This document shows positions 25,013 to 38,200 of a DNA stretch of 64,000 bases, piece by piece. The notes below the pieces were generated by a model. It made no database searches. It worked only from the letters and a program-made list of their open reading frames with translations, and was not told where the DNA came from. Position 1 is the stretch's first letter; each line of letters starts with the position of its first letter. The stretch lies in contig JBNZDD010013683.1 of NCBI GenBank assembly GCA_050575255.1, positions 2,783,928 through 2,847,927 of the forward strand. The letters are read 5' to 3'. The translations under genes were made by a program, and so were the position numbers. This DNA comes from Harriotta raleighana. Its lineage: Eukaryota.

Positions 25013-27107
25013 GTTATGAATGACATTGGAGTTTTTTTTAAAGAAACTATATTAGGTAGAATAATATTATAAAGAGGGGTTATCCATTATTGAATGTAAT
25101 CCGTTTACAAACATAGCACTAGAATACACATATATACTGCAAGACAGCACGCATTAATATCCAATATTTTGCTCTGCAAAATCAGAACTGCAGCAGAATC
25201 TGTTGGCACAAAATCTCAGAGGGTAGAATGAAACCACTCTGAGACAAAAGGCCCTGCCCTCCATTTATTATCACAATAAAAAACAAGTTAGTGATCCTTT
25301 ATAGATTTCACAACTTATTTTGGAGGGAGGCGGTGTTTACTGCAGCTCGCAGGAGCCTTTACTGTATATTATATTGAACTCGTAAAATAGATGGAAGTTA
25401 TGAATGTGCTTCGTGCCAATTATTCCCCCACTTGCTTCGTCTTGAGGCCCTGTTTCTGCTCTTAATGTTCCAGCGTTTTGTAACCATCCCAATGTCAGCA
25501 AGTACATCAGATCATCGGGACACAATCAATCAACATTCAGATCTACCTGTAATGGTTTCTCATCTGCAGAAGGCCTTAGCTGAATAGTTCTTTTGGTGGC
25601 CATTATGCTTTTATGAGTTAGAAAACATGTTTGCAATTCAGTATGACCATCAAAGGTTTGATTTCAGTTTGAAAATGTGCACCATCGGACTGGTGCTATA
25701 CAAATGTAATTTAGTTTTGGATATTACAGGCTATTGTAATTCACTGTGAAGCTGTCCATTTGTTAGCTAAAGCTTCTCACCTTCATCCACTTTCTCAAGC
25801 AAATTAAGGGGGTTATAATGGGAATGATCGACTGGAACTGTACATCCAGCGGTTTGCTATGGCCTATTGGTTCTGGTTAGAATTTGATTTAATTTAACGT
25901 GATTTATAAAAACATTGTGACTTAACATTAAAGACTCAAAATAATTGGCTCAAACCATCCACTGTGTAATCTTCGCTGCTTTACCATCACGACAATGCTG
26001 CTTATATCCCTCTACTTACTTCCCCACTGCACAAAGTGGGAAGTGAAATGAAAAAACAAACCAAAAATGATAAATATTAGATTTTCTTTTTTGCTTGAAT
26101 TTCCTGATTAGCAAAAGCACAGCTGCAGCGCTCTTCGCAAGAAGCTTGATCTTTTCTAAGAGCGATGAGTATGCTGTATTGGCGGAGAGCATTATGGCAC
26201 TCTTGGGGAAGTCTACTCCAGCTAAACATTCCAGCTGTTTGTTCTGGTTTGCTCCCCTGGCTAAGTTCCCCTTTGACAAGAGGAAGGAAACTGTTCAGCA
26301 TGGATAGCGTGGTCAACATACCACTGGCCAAATTAATTGTTTTTCCAGAAACGAATAATCTTGTATGGTTTGCACAGGCCCAGAAGACAATCCGACTGAT
26401 TCGAACACATAGCTTTGTGTAGCAAACGGAAGGGGAAACATGAAGCGGATGTGAGTTTGAGTATGAAAAGTGATTAAATGTATCACCATCCATTAAAATG
26501 TCCAATGTATTTGATGGTAGAAATAGCGCAATTGTATGTATCATTTTTCATTAGATCTTCTGTACTTGAAGTGCCAAATTTGCTTGACATCACTGCAGCC
26601 AGGTAAACTGAGACATGGAACTCACTATAACTGAGGTCATCTGTTCCTTAAACTCGCAGAGATTCTGTCAAACAACTTTGTGGTATTCTACATCACCAGC
26701 AATGTGTGCCCTGGGCTGCCAACGTTATTTTGTGGACAAACTATAGAAAAAGAAAGATATTAAAATAATTTGTCAAAGTCATCAGATCATAATTTGAGCC
26801 CGAAAATGTGTCGAATATGAACCACTCTGTGAATTTACGAATCCTTCTTCATAACAACCTGTAGCTGCAGAGCAAAAAAAAATCTGATAGAAATAATTTT
26901 TCTTAAGGTGGTGAATGGGTGTCTTAGCTTTAGAGATTCCCAAAGTAAATGGGTAATCCCATCTGCATCGTGATCAATTCTATGTTGTCCCGTTTGGAAG
27001 TAATTTTAACGAAGGTTTCTATTGAAGTCGGTACTGAGTAGAATTACAGAGGGCCAAACCATTTGGAATCCGAGATTTGCTATTTACAAATTCTTTTGTA
27101 AATGAGC

Positions 27108-27160
27108 TCCCCCTAAACCCCTACCCGTCCCCCCCACTCCCCCCCCCCGCCCCTACTCCA
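27108..27160 (-). other. G-quadruplex-forming potential (C-runs on the plus strand)
   Basis: six runs of 3 or more C with short spacers. Confidence 0.55.
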
Positions 27161-27769
27161 CACCAACATCATTTTAGGTGCAAAAACTTGAACTCTTAAA
27201 CTTGGTCTGCAAATATTACTTTCAAGAAATCCAAATGCCAAAATAAAGTGTGAAAGTTTGTGCTTTGGCAGTTTTAGCAAACTAAATAGTGCAGTAGAAA
27301 AATATCCACAGGAGACGTGATGAGGACTATTATTATTGTCTTAGAAACTGAGGATATTAAAAAAATTGCCTAACATTGTACAGCAAAACAAAACATTTCA
27401 GGATGCTAAAGACCTCTAGTGGTTGTTAAAGAGTATCATAAAAATCATTGCAGCCGCATTAAAGACAAGACTGTTAAGAATCCTGTTTGCTTAGAAATCT
27501 AATGAGCGAATCATTGTAGTATGTGCTTATTAATCCTTTAATTCACTAAAATTCTGCATCAAAATGTCCCTTTCAATTGTGAATAACAGCATACATTTGT
27601 ATACTCTGCCATATTTCTGTGCAGAAACAGAACAAACTCTATTTCTATTAACACAATTTATCAAACCTAACACAGATGCTAAGGGGCGTGATAGCCCTCC
27701 TTAATATAGGACAGTTTGGAGGCAGAGTTGCTGAATATGTTTCCCTCCCAAACAGCTGAGCTCTACAAG

Positions 27770-27930
27770 AAGGCGGCCATAAATTTAAAAATGTTAATCT
27801 TAAGCATGAATGAATCCTTTTCTTAAACAAGATTTAGTCATGGAGAATTGATATCATTCATAATTCATGAGGCAGTGAATGTAAGTAGTTTAGGGGCAGG
27901 GAAAGATACTTTGATTTTAACCAAGTTTTA
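27770..27930 (+). mobile_element. degraded CR1 3' fragment
   Basis: ggccataaatttaaaa...ttttcttaaacaagatttagtca...gaggcagtgaatgtaagtagtttagggg. Confidence 0.45.
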
Positions 27931-27997
27931 ATATTTGACGTGAGCTCTATGCTTTTAAAAAAAAAGCAGTTTTTAAAAAAATAAAGGAACTTTAAAA

Positions 27998-28070
27998 TCA
28001 ACAACAGAAAAATACAATAACGTTACATTTTTGGAGCGCCTTTCACGTCAGGAGGATGTCCCAAGACGCA
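27998..28070 (-). mobile_element. L2 3' terminal fragment
   Basis: ttacatttttggagcgcctttcacgtcaggaggatgtcccaagacgc. Confidence 0.85.
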
Positions 28071-31000
28071 ATCACGAAATATTAACATGGTTGAATTGTC
28101 GGTGATAATCCAGTGATATAGGATCGGTGTTAGTTTCTGGAACAATGTTTGTTAAAAATGTTTGTCTTCCAAATTCCCTGAACAAGTTAAATGTTGCCTC
28201 AACCAAAGCGCAGTTGCTCAAGTCTAGTCGGTTCCCTGGGATTCGATGATGCTTTTGCGTGATCTGTGTAATGATCCACAGCTATATTTAGGAGACACGG
28301 ACCTTAAATAAAACAATGTTATATTTTAGAAATCTGACATGGAAAATGAAATTGTTGCTTCCAGATGCTCTTAGACATTCACGGTATTTTATAATGAACT
28401 GACATTTTCACGCACCCCCAAAATACAGTTTCTTTTTGTTTTTCCTGACTTGCTGATCAACACATTTTTCAAGATATACAGTCATTTTTTTCTTTTTCTA
28501 ACATAAATTACAAATAGAATTTGAATAAACAAGGCTACAAACACATTGCATTTGCAGCATTGTGTTTCCTTTACAGCATTCACAAAATGAACATTTAATA
28601 ATAATAATAGATTCATAATACATTTCCAATAATTTACATCTGCAGCAGTGTATCCCTGGAACGACTTAATGTTGAATACACTATTGACAGAATTCAATCT
28701 GTTGATGAATCTATGAATATATTGACTATCCTCCTGGGGGAGGGGAGGGGAGATTCCAAGATGATACGCATTTAGATGGGAAGATCACCTCTTCCCATTT
28801 AGCTTGTGTAACCCTGCAAGCCAAAGTCATAAGGGGCTAACACTGTCTGGGTAAAGTGGTCCTAGCAGGATAAGAGGCAGTAAGTTTTGCTTGACAGTGT
28901 CTACAATGGGATGCTTCGCTGCATTCCCTGGTTAACCTCCACACTCTGGAGTCTCCAAGCCTTGGCTCTGACCAACCTGTGCCTGTTCCGTAATTGGGTA
29001 ACTCATGCATCTTCTGGGGAAGGGAGTGTGCATTTCTATATCAGATACAGGGACATTTCCATGCGGGGGTGGGGTATATATGTATATATATATGAAAGCC
29101 TCAGTTTGGTTTGGATACTCTTAAGCATTTGTTGGGTTTCCACATGTGTCAGGTACATCATCCACAAAAGAAAGTTTTGATAACAACAACACTGAGACTA
29201 CAAGGTGTATATTTTCTGTTCAGTCCCGGAATCCTAATAGCGTTCACTTTTACTGTAGGTGTCTGACGTGAAATGGATGAACTGATTATTTTTCAAAGAA
29301 GAAAAGAATAACAATGCATCTCAGAGGCAAGACATTTTAACATTAAGAATATTTATGTTGGAAATCAAGTGTGATGCTGCGCATTTTCATTTGTCAGTGT
29401 CCATTTTCTCACAGTAACAATTTAAACGTCAGATTATACTTCCACACACACACAAAAAAGGGGGCTCTATAAAAGAGAGCCTTCGCTCTTTGGCATATAC
29501 ACGATGAGTTAGGGGATGGAGAAAACATTGCCTAAGGGGAGAGAGTATTTGTTTATTGCCTTGAAGCTGCATAACACCAGCTGAGCTCGGCTGGAATTTA
29601 TGGTGGAACTCGAGAGATGAAAGAAAAAATCTGCACTGGAGTGACAAAATGTTATAATCCTCATTCAACGCAATCACCGATAAATGTGGAATTATTTGAA
29701 TAATAATGTTCTCTCATTACTTATTGATGACGGGCGAAATCAAAGGGATTATTTTCTTTACACGGAATCGAAATCCCATTCTATACATTATTTAGTAGCA
29801 AAAGACGTGGGGCGAGGTAGCTATTTTAAAACATCTGCAGCCCTCTGATGCAAATGCAAGTGTAACCAACCATTTCTCTCTCTCACATGCAAAGTTAGAC
29901 GCAGGCATAAAACTGGAGAATTGTTCAAAATTCAGCCTGTTTTTTCCCATTGTTCTCAAAATGTTTTTTCCCTTTTCCCCTCCTCAGACCAGCCCCAGCA
30001 CTTTGTCGAAGCACCCTTGAAGTGAAAGGCACTGTAGTGTAAATTGGATTGTTCCGGTAAAGGATTAGCTCTCAAATTCTTTTAAAATAATGACATTTCA
30101 GCTCTCCTCTGCTATTTTAAGACAATAATGCAGGCTAAGAAAAGGTGAGATTTCTGAATGAGTAGAATGATAAAAAGAGTTGAAGTCCCATTTCTTTCCA
30201 GGCTGTGATTCCCCGTGTGCTGATAATTGGTGACAAACTGAATGATTCTGTGAATATCTGCCAATATGGAGGTGAATGCAATTAAAGAACTTGAGGCTTT
30301 TTTTTGTTCCTTTCAAATCCTCAACAGTGTTCTTTGTTTAAATTTCTCCCCTTTCATATTTGTAAAAAAAAACAGGAGTTACAACTTGTAATCTGTGCTT
30401 TGTTTATTTTGAGAATATGTGCACGGTTGTTCACTTGAATCTCTTTGATAGGGTTTGATTCTCTGCAAATCAGAATTGGAGGCTTTGCAAAAAAAACATC
30501 TTGCGATCGAAGTGAGGATTCAGGAAAATATTGAGGATTATGATGTGGGGGGATGGGAGGAGGGTGAGACCTTATGAGGAGATTTGATCTTGAGCTGAAC
30601 CTTGCCCTAAGGAGCTTAATTCTGTCACTGGGGACAATGTGCTGCACTTGATGAGCACACATCAATCAAAACGGTACCTTTGCTGTGAATTGAAGATCTT
30701 TATATTCTGCAGCTAAGTAAGGAGATTCTGCATCAGGAGCGCAAGGATACAAATAGGGTATCCTGAGAGAAGGAATGATGATCTCCGATCGCATTCTTCT
30801 AGCCAGTTACATGATAGCGAAGAAGCCTTGTGGGCCCAAGATGCTGTATGGGGCCACGGTCTATACAGAAATACGAGGAATCTAATTATTCTCACAGAAG
30901 GCAACAGGACTCGGAGGTTAGAAAGGAAATATTATTGCAGCAGAACCCTATCTTGACACCTACGCCAACAGCTGCCGGAGCCTAATAAAGATAGAAATAT

Positions 31001-32244
31001 ATGAGTTGTGCAAGGATTGAGCAACTCAGTTAGCCTGTGCTTGAGGGAGCCTTAATTATTCACAGCTGTGTGGTTTATTTTATCTGAAGGGGAGACATAA
31101 AACAACATTTTTGGATGCAATCGCAGATTTCAAATGGTAAGCAGCGTAATGTGAAGTTCTACCATTAATTAACTAGCTGTAGTGACAGTGCTGTGGAGCC
31201 CTGCTGTAAGTACTTTTGTTTTATCCTTCTATAAAGGAGCTGTACAAAAACAACTGTTCCCAGTGGAATGTGGGGGAAGCCTCAGGCTCAAAGAGTTGAC
31301 AAATGATAACTGCGTAATAGTCAGTCCGTGACGTTCTCCCATCCCAAATGTGCATTCACGCCAGATTTTCCTGAGAAATTATTAATTAGTAAGAGGCGGA
31401 AAAAAAAAAGGGAAACTGTTCAGAGATTCACCTATTGTCACTACGCCATTTCAAACATCCGGTTACTTGACAATTTATNTCAAACATCCAGTTACTTGAC
31501 AATTTATGGAAATCTGCTCTTCATTTTGTTTCTCTGCTACCCGATAATTTTAACTCTCTTGGCACAATTAAAAAAAAAAAAATTCAATATATAAGATAGA
31601 GAACATTATCTATAATGCTACAATTTATGTGAAATCTATCTTTGAAACGCTGTGTGGCAGATGTAAATGAACACTGCATGAATATTCCTGGAAGAGTCGA
31701 ATAAAGAGATCGTCTCTTGATTTTGTGAGTAAATTCGATTCATTTTAATTAACTTTCTATCAGTTGGAATTAACCAGTCTCTAGGTAACTTTCTAGAACT
31801 TTTTGTAATAGGTTACACAGCTGGGTAGAAATTAGTTGGGGACTAAAAATACTTTCACACAACCTGCTTGTTTTTAGTCACTGTCTGTTTATATTATGCT
31901 CATCCCATCTGTCAATAGTTATGAGTCACACATTCAACCTTTCAGTTTTACTTGCGCACATAATTCCCTTTATATTCTTTGGAAACAAACATTTTAACTC
32001 TTTAGGAACTATGGCAAAACTGTTTGCTGCAGGATCCTAAAACACTGCCGGTAGCATGGATGGCAGCTTATCGGATTTAGCTAAATCTTGTGTCTGTCAC
32101 AAAAAGAGTTGCGTTCAGCTTTAAACTGATGATTAAATGCTTTATTATTTATTTGGTAAGCACTTAAAATGAACCTTTCCTGCAATCTTTCATCAGGATT
32201 ATTGCTTGACCCCTGTTTGCGGACGCCTGCCAAAGTTTGCCTGA

Positions 32245-32398
32245 GATCAATGGTCAGTGTGAAGGATGGGAGAACGGGTCTGTTGGGTTATGGGGAGAAA
32301 GCTGGGCAGTGGGATTGAGTTGCTCTTTTCTAAGAGCCGGCACATACGAGAGGGGCTGAATTGCCTTCTTTTGTGCCGTCAAAAAAAATTCTATGAAT
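32245..32398 (+). mobile_element. CR1 3' UTR end
   Basis: gggttatggggagaaagctgggcagtggg...gagccggcac...gggctgaattgccttcttttgtgccg...ttctatga. Confidence 0.75.
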
Positions 32399-32425
32399 GA
32401 TGGTCCAGTTATACAACAACCTATT

Positions 32426-32612
32426 AAAAATTGGTCATTTCAATCCATGACTGTTTGTGGGACACTGCTGTGTGCAATTGGCTGCAGCGTTTCACCCACA
32501 AATACAGTCAATTCACTTTACAGTATATTCTGTGAAGCGCTTTGAGATGTCTGTCTAGAATACTTGAAAAAAAGCGCTATATCAAACGGAAGGATTATTA
32601 TCATTATTATCA
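32426..32612 (+). mobile_element. SINE A, 5'-truncated
   Basis: near-identical body and tail to the 6521 copy. Confidence 0.9.
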
Positions 32613-33154
32613 TAACAAGTGCTTAGAGGGCAGTGAATCTGAGCAGTAGTAGCACGTTCTACTTTGGTCCTTGAATTCTTTATTCATTCTAATTTTTCTT
32701 TCCCTTTTCCAGTAAAGGTATCTCCGTCTTTGTCTCTGTTCTGTCGCATTTTACTTGCTTCCGCCCATGGTCGATTTTACTTGCTCCACAAATTCAGGTT
32801 TCAAGTCGAACTTCATATGGTATTTCACTGGTGTCAAGGGTGGAATAATAGCACCTGCTGTAGCTTTGCGAAACTGGCATGAGTGAGGCTGGCGTTACTC
32901 TTGCTCCGGATAGCTTTCCCAAGTTGGAACCATTAAGAACGTGCGATTGGATTGGAAATAGTAGGGCAGTTCAGATAGAAGTTACAGACGTCGTGGCACT
33001 ATGCAACACTGTGGTCCTGACCAATGTTTCGGCGCTTGGTATTTTATACCCAACGCCCCAGTGATTAGAGCAGGGGCTTTCCAAGTCGGGAGGACAAGTA
33101 CAGTATCCTGCTTATATTAACAATTTAAAATATGTGCTTTTCAAAATATATTTC

Positions 33155-33220
33155 AGTACCTTGGGACGTCCTGCAGCCTTCTGACCTGAAAGACGTGATA
33201 CAAGTGCAATCTTGTTCCTG
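33155..33220 (+). mobile_element. L2 3' terminal fragment
   Basis: cagtaccttgggacgtcctgcagccttctgacctgaaagacgtgatacaagtgcaat. Confidence 0.7.
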
Positions 33221-33342
33221 TCGTACATTAAAAATATTTAATGGACCACAATATTTAATGGACACAAGCGTATAATTTGACAATTTGAGTTATAATACAT
33301 CAAATGCTAGCCCCTACAGTTTGAGCAGGGGAGTGAGCTAAC

Positions 33343-33420
33343 CCAGCGCCTTGGGACATCCTCCCGATGTGAAAGGTGTTATACAAATGTAATTTTGTTG
33401 TTATTATTGTTGTTCTTGTT
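33343..33420 (+). mobile_element. L2 3' terminal fragment
   Basis: ccagcgccttgggacatcctcccgatgtgaaaggtgttatacaaatgtaattttgttgtt. Confidence 0.85.
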
Positions 33421-33790
33421 AGAAGTTCCTCCAAGTTGCAACTCTTTACTTGGTCAATGATCCAGTGTTTTATGCTCTTGTTCCCGGACACTCACATATA
33501 AAAAAAAATCTTTCATACAATTATTTTTTCATGCAAATCAGTCCCCCTTCAGACAACAACAGCATCCTTTAACTGAGATGGTGGGAATCAGTTCACATTC
33601 CTACCAGTCGAAACAATGAGACAATTCCTGCTACCTGTGGGGTGTAAACAACTGAAACAAAACACGAACGAGTATTCAATCGATTTGCAGGTTCCCTGGT
33701 CATGACGTGACCATCTCTTCACCGACAATCCTCCATGGAAGGTGGTCATCTGCATAAGATCTGCTGAACTCAAATTGGCTCTAAATACAT

Positions 33791-34289
33791 GAGAACATAA
33801 GAATTAAGACCATAATTTCATATTTCCCCACATTAACTTCCATCTGCCACCTACTTGCCCACTCCCCTAGCCTATCCTTATCTTGTTGCAATCTATTTGC
33901 ATCATCCTCAGAGCTCACTCGCGAATTTAGACACTTTACATTCAATGTCCTCGTCTAGATCATTGATGTAAATTGTAAATAGCTGAGGCCCAAGCACTGA
34001 TCCTTGTGGCACTCCACTATTTACATCCTGCCATTTCGAGAATAACCCGTTTATCCCTACTCTCTGTTTTCTGCCCATTAGCCACTCTTCTATCCATGCT
34101 AATATGTTCCCATTAATCCCGTGGGCCTTAACCTCATGTAACAGCCTTTTGTGTGGCACTTTATCAAATGCCTTCTTAAAATCTAAATATACCACATCTA
34201 CTGGTTCCCCCTATCCAACCTGCTAGATACACCTTCAAAAGACTCTAAAAGATTAGTCAAGCAGGACTTTCCTTTTGTAAAGCCATGTC
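33791..34289 (-). pseudogene. CR1 LINE reverse transcriptase fragment, inactive
   Basis: ORF 33908-34195: YLDFKKAFDKVPH...SGVPQGSVLGPQLFTIYINDL...SKFA; catalytic DD deleted; continues out of frame as VSSEDDANRLQQD..RLGEWASRWQM. Confidence 0.95.
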
Positions 34290-34491
34290 ACTTGGCAAGA
34301 CACAATACACAGTCACTACACATGACAGCAATCATCGCAGATTTTTTGATGATAAGGGTCGGTATCAAATGCAGGGCCTGTTTGTTAATTTATCATAGTG
34401 GACCATGCAGACTGTGGGTGGGGGAGGAATATGGAAAGCCTTCTCAGGTTTCTCAGTTAACCATCTTAGATTGCCACCATTTGCCACTAAA

Positions 34492-34597
34492 ACACACAGG
34501 GGTTAAAATTGTGTTGTTTCTTAACAGATTCAATGTCAATTAACACATCGAATCTGTTAAGAAACACTGTAATTTCCAGTTGATAACAGTCTGTGGG
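34492..34597. repeat. palindromic hairpin element (possible ancient MITE)
   Basis: tgtttcttaacagattcaatgt / acatcgaatctgttaagaaaca, 21 of 22 bp paired, 8-nt loop. Confidence 0.85.
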
Positions 34598-35230
34598 TGT
34601 GAATCCTCCCCCCTCCTCCCCACACATTTCACTCCCACCCCCATTTCGGCTCCACAGTTGGAGCCGAAGACAGTCAAAGTTATTGCCAACAAACATACAT
34701 TATGCTTTCATGTGTATAACGTGGATCCAGTATTTTTAGATTGATGGTCTTTCCTATCACTTCATCCTGCATTGCAATGATTTGATTTGGAAGAGCTGCT
34801 TGTACACATGTGGGGACCTCATCATATGTTTGATGGAAACCCTTGCAACCCTTGCAAAGTCCACGTTATTCATCCTAGGATAAAGCAAGGGATATGTTTA
34901 GTTCAAACATACCATTTAGTTGGCACTTCAATAATATGAATACAATATGCTTTAGATGTTTGTACAATTAGAAAAGGTCAATTTTATTGGCAACTGCAAT
35001 CCCAAAAGACAAGTTTAGTATCACCTTGTTACCTTTCTCTAAGGTCATTAATTAAATTACGACTCTTTTTTGCATCTTCTATTGCGGAGGCAACTGCCTC
35101 TGCAGTCACCCCCAAATAAGCCAATTATCCTCATGTCTGTGGAGTATGATACCTTTTAGAATTTAAATAAAGTGAGATGCTGAATTTAGTGTGCAATTTG
35201 CCCAGAGGAAATAGATGCATTATTTCATTT

Positions 35231-35249
35231 TGTGTGTGTGTGTGTGTGT
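35231..35249. repeat. (TG)n microsatellite
   Basis: direct reading. Confidence 0.95.
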
Positions 35250-35744
35250 AGTATCTCACGACTATTCTTTCTCTGCTACTGCTGTGTTCAAGTTTACATT
35301 TCACTGTTCTTTATAACTTTGAAAAGATGAATCCGGCACCCACACACAAACTGTTTGACAGCCAGACTACACAAACAGAATATTGAATACACATGACACA
35401 AATCCAATGCTGGCATTCCCCTCGCATTTCCTAAGCCATTGCTGGTTAACATGGGATACATTTTCACTAATAAAATATTTCCTCAGGTTTCCTTTTCCTT
35501 TCCTTTCACCAGGTTTTGTTTTGATCACAGAGAATCCTTGTTTTGAAAGATGGTAAAGGGTTTAAGAACAGGCTAATGGTGCACTTGCAGTCATTATGAA
35601 AGTCAAGTGAATTTGAGCAAGGATTTGCAAACAGTCGGTATCAGAAACTAGAGAAATAATACTGTATTCAAAAGAATCTTTTTTGAAAAGAGCGTTTTCA
35701 CAATGCTTTCACATCCGATTCACAGGGAATTCCTTTCCAATTAA

Positions 35745-35870
35745 TTCTCAAACCACAGGTGGTGCTGTGATGGATGGAACTAGAAATCTCCTCATAACTG
35801 ATACAACTTGGAGAGGCTTTTGTGAAGTGAACTCCCTCGACTTGTTCAAGTCAGTATTTGGGTTATGAGT
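35745..35870 (+). mobile_element. short degraded CR1 3' fragment
   Basis: ttctcaaaccacaggtggtg...gaggcttttgtgaagtgaactccctcgacttgttcaag. Confidence 0.35.
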
Positions 35871-36696
35871 GATTGTCGGTACTCAAAACTCTAGCCTCTT
35901 TGAAAAGATGTCTGCAAATCTAGCAATTTTGCACTAGCTACTTGTGTGGTTAACCATTTGTACAATTCATCCGCTATCAAAGAACAAATTGTATATAATT
36001 CCTGCTACTTCTACAGACTGAATGCACCATTTTTCAGATGACAATCCCAATTATCTTCATGTTAACCTAGAATCACAATCCTTGGGGTTGCACATCAAGA
36101 AATTGGCAAAAGAAATAAAAATCTCAGAACTGTAGACCCATTTTCTGTGCTATTTTTTATCAAAACTTCTCCTTCTCTAACAACCGCATGTTCAGTGGTA
36201 AGGTCTGCTAATTGAGTTGAAATATTGCCTAGAGAAATGTTATGATTTTGCCAATCGCTAGTCTGTTCAAGCTCCTATTAATAGCGACTGCGATTGATTC
36301 TAGAGACTTGAGTAACATCAAGGGCAACATAATTAATTAGGAGGCTGTGATATTCAAATTGGATTTTTCAGCAGTGGTTTGCTTATCACTTGTTTACTTA
36401 ATAATTTCCCAAGGTATTATTGGATGTCTCGTTCTCCTGAGTTTTACATTTGATTTGTATGTTTTCACAAGGAGCTGCTAGTTTCATTAAAGATTTTTCT
36501 TCTTTGTCTTCCTGTGGCCAGTTATATATTGTGAGGTTTATGGTGGGCTAGGGATTATAATATCTGTATATGACTCTCTTCTCCTCACCCCACCACCCCA
36601 TTGTGTTTCCGTTTCAGCAAAACACTGAAATTTGAAAGAGGAAAAAAAATAATAAGCGGGGAAGGCAAATTTCTTAATACAGTAATTTGGTAATTC

Positions 36697-36760
36697 CAGC
36701 ACCATGGGACGTTTTCCCGATGTGAAAGATTCTCTATAAATGTAATTTTGTTGTTGTTCT
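36697..36760 (+). mobile_element. L2 3' terminal fragment
   Basis: cagcaccatgggacgttttcccgatgtgaaagattctctataaatgtaattttgttgttgtt. Confidence 0.8.
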
Positions 36761-36920
36761 TGTTTGATGAAAGTTTTGTGTATGAACTTAAGCATTCCCT
36801 TTCTTTTGGATGGAACACTGTAGCATACAGCACAAGGAATTCCTCTTGCCTCTCAGTGCAGCCACTTTGAAAACATGTGCTTACTTTGGGATGGGCCAAG
36901 TATGGTCACAATTCGCCATA

Positions 36921-37136
36921 GCAATAATAATTCCTCCGAAAAAAAGCCCAATAATAAAATTGGTCATTTCAATCCATGACTTGTTTGTGGGACACTGCTG
37001 AGCTCAATTGGCTGCCGCGTTTCACCTACCAATATACAGTCAATTCACTTTACAGTATATTCTGTGAAGTGCTTGATACATTGATAATTTGTGAAAAGTG
37101 GTATATCAAATGCGCGGATTATTATTATATTATTAT
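36921..37136 (+). mobile_element. SINE A, 5'-truncated
   Basis: body aaattggtcatttcaatccatgac...ggctgccgcgtttcacc and (ATT)n tail. Confidence 0.9.
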
Positions 37137-37699
37137 AGTTACTACATTTCAGACAGCATTTGTTAGAAAACATTGATTTTATTAGATAACTGATATCAAT
37201 GATTTGTATCTCATCACCATATACTGTACTTTTTAACCCAATATTATCTGAATGGCCTTGTTGGAGCAGTAGATTTGAAGATGGGATCTCAGAGTCCACT
37301 TTTGGATTGAATGGCATATCTGGCTAGTTACCAGTGGGGTTACCTGTGACAGAGAAACGTAATTGTGAGATGTTGTCCACAGGATAGCGCTAAACTGTCA
37401 TACTGTAGCATTGTTTATAAAGATAAGGATAAAATCTGCAATAGACCAAGGGGTGAACCAACAGATGTGGAATAGTGCAGGCAATTTCAAGGAGGAACAG
37501 GATAGGCAAAGAGAATTGGGAAGGTTCGAGATGGGGAGATAGATAGAGAGATAGAGGTCATATTCCTTTGAAATTAGTTGGGACATTGCCCTTGGCTATC
37601 AGACCAGAAGAGTTTAGGTTTCAATCTTGGTTTGTCAACTTAGCCTTAAACCTTGTAAGATCAGCACCCAGAGAGAAGTGTGGTTTCTCTTCACATGAC

Positions 37700-38200
37700 A
37701 TGTGCAATGGGGAATTAGTCAGTCTGATTGAAAACTGGCTAAGCAATGCAAAGCAGAAGGTATCAAATAGATAATGTTCTGTTTGGGGGCAGTTCTGTAG
37801 GATTCATAGAATGACTTTGAGCTGAACACTCATTGCCATATTTTATACATTTGCTGATGGTACCAAGCTATGTGGGCAGATGACTAATAGAAGGGGATTA
37901 AATGGCATTCAGGAAGAACGAGATGAGTCCAACAGATTTGCCGAGGAGTGAGTAGCAGATGGATTTAATGTCAGTAAATGTAAGGCGGTATTTTATTAGC
38001 ATTGGAAATGGTAACCAACTATACAAACTGTAGTGACGCACATTAGCAATGGAGGAATGGGAAAGTGTTCACTTTCGACGTGGTCACCGTTTGGTCACTG
38101 ATGGTCTCCAGTTAATGCACCACCGAAAAAAGGATCTAATTCTCAAGAACGTTGGAGTATCAGTTAACAAGTTATTCTGACCCTACGTAGATCACTATTG
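37700..38200 (+). mobile_element. degraded CR1 RT region
   Basis: attgaaaactggcta (IENWL), aagcagaaggta (KQKV), tttgctgatggtaccaagcta (FADxTKL), tttaatgtcagtaaatgtaag (FNVSKCK). Confidence 0.8.

Noticed and set aside
26077-26544. 155-aa minus-strand ORF and overlapping ORFs
   Set aside because: No recognisable domain; length is compatible with chance; better explained as non-coding unique sequence.
28838-28902. TAACACTGTCTGGGTAAAGTGG resembling miR-141/200a
   Set aside because: Needs two indels, lies on the 5' side of a weak hairpin with a loop of about 28 nt, and has no matching 5p arm; true miR-200 family members come from the 3' arm.
30774-30900. ATGATGA box C candidate or exon
   Set aside because: No box D at a suitable distance; stops in all frames after the nearby acceptor.
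31451-31507. 28-bp tandem repeat
   Set aside because: Joined by n at 31479 with one G/A difference; likely a heterozygous-site assembly artefact.
22956-32931. Inverted 14-mer match TTCCAACTTGGGAA / TTCCCAAGTTGGAA
   Set aside because: Does not extend; matches of this length are expected by chance in 64 kb.
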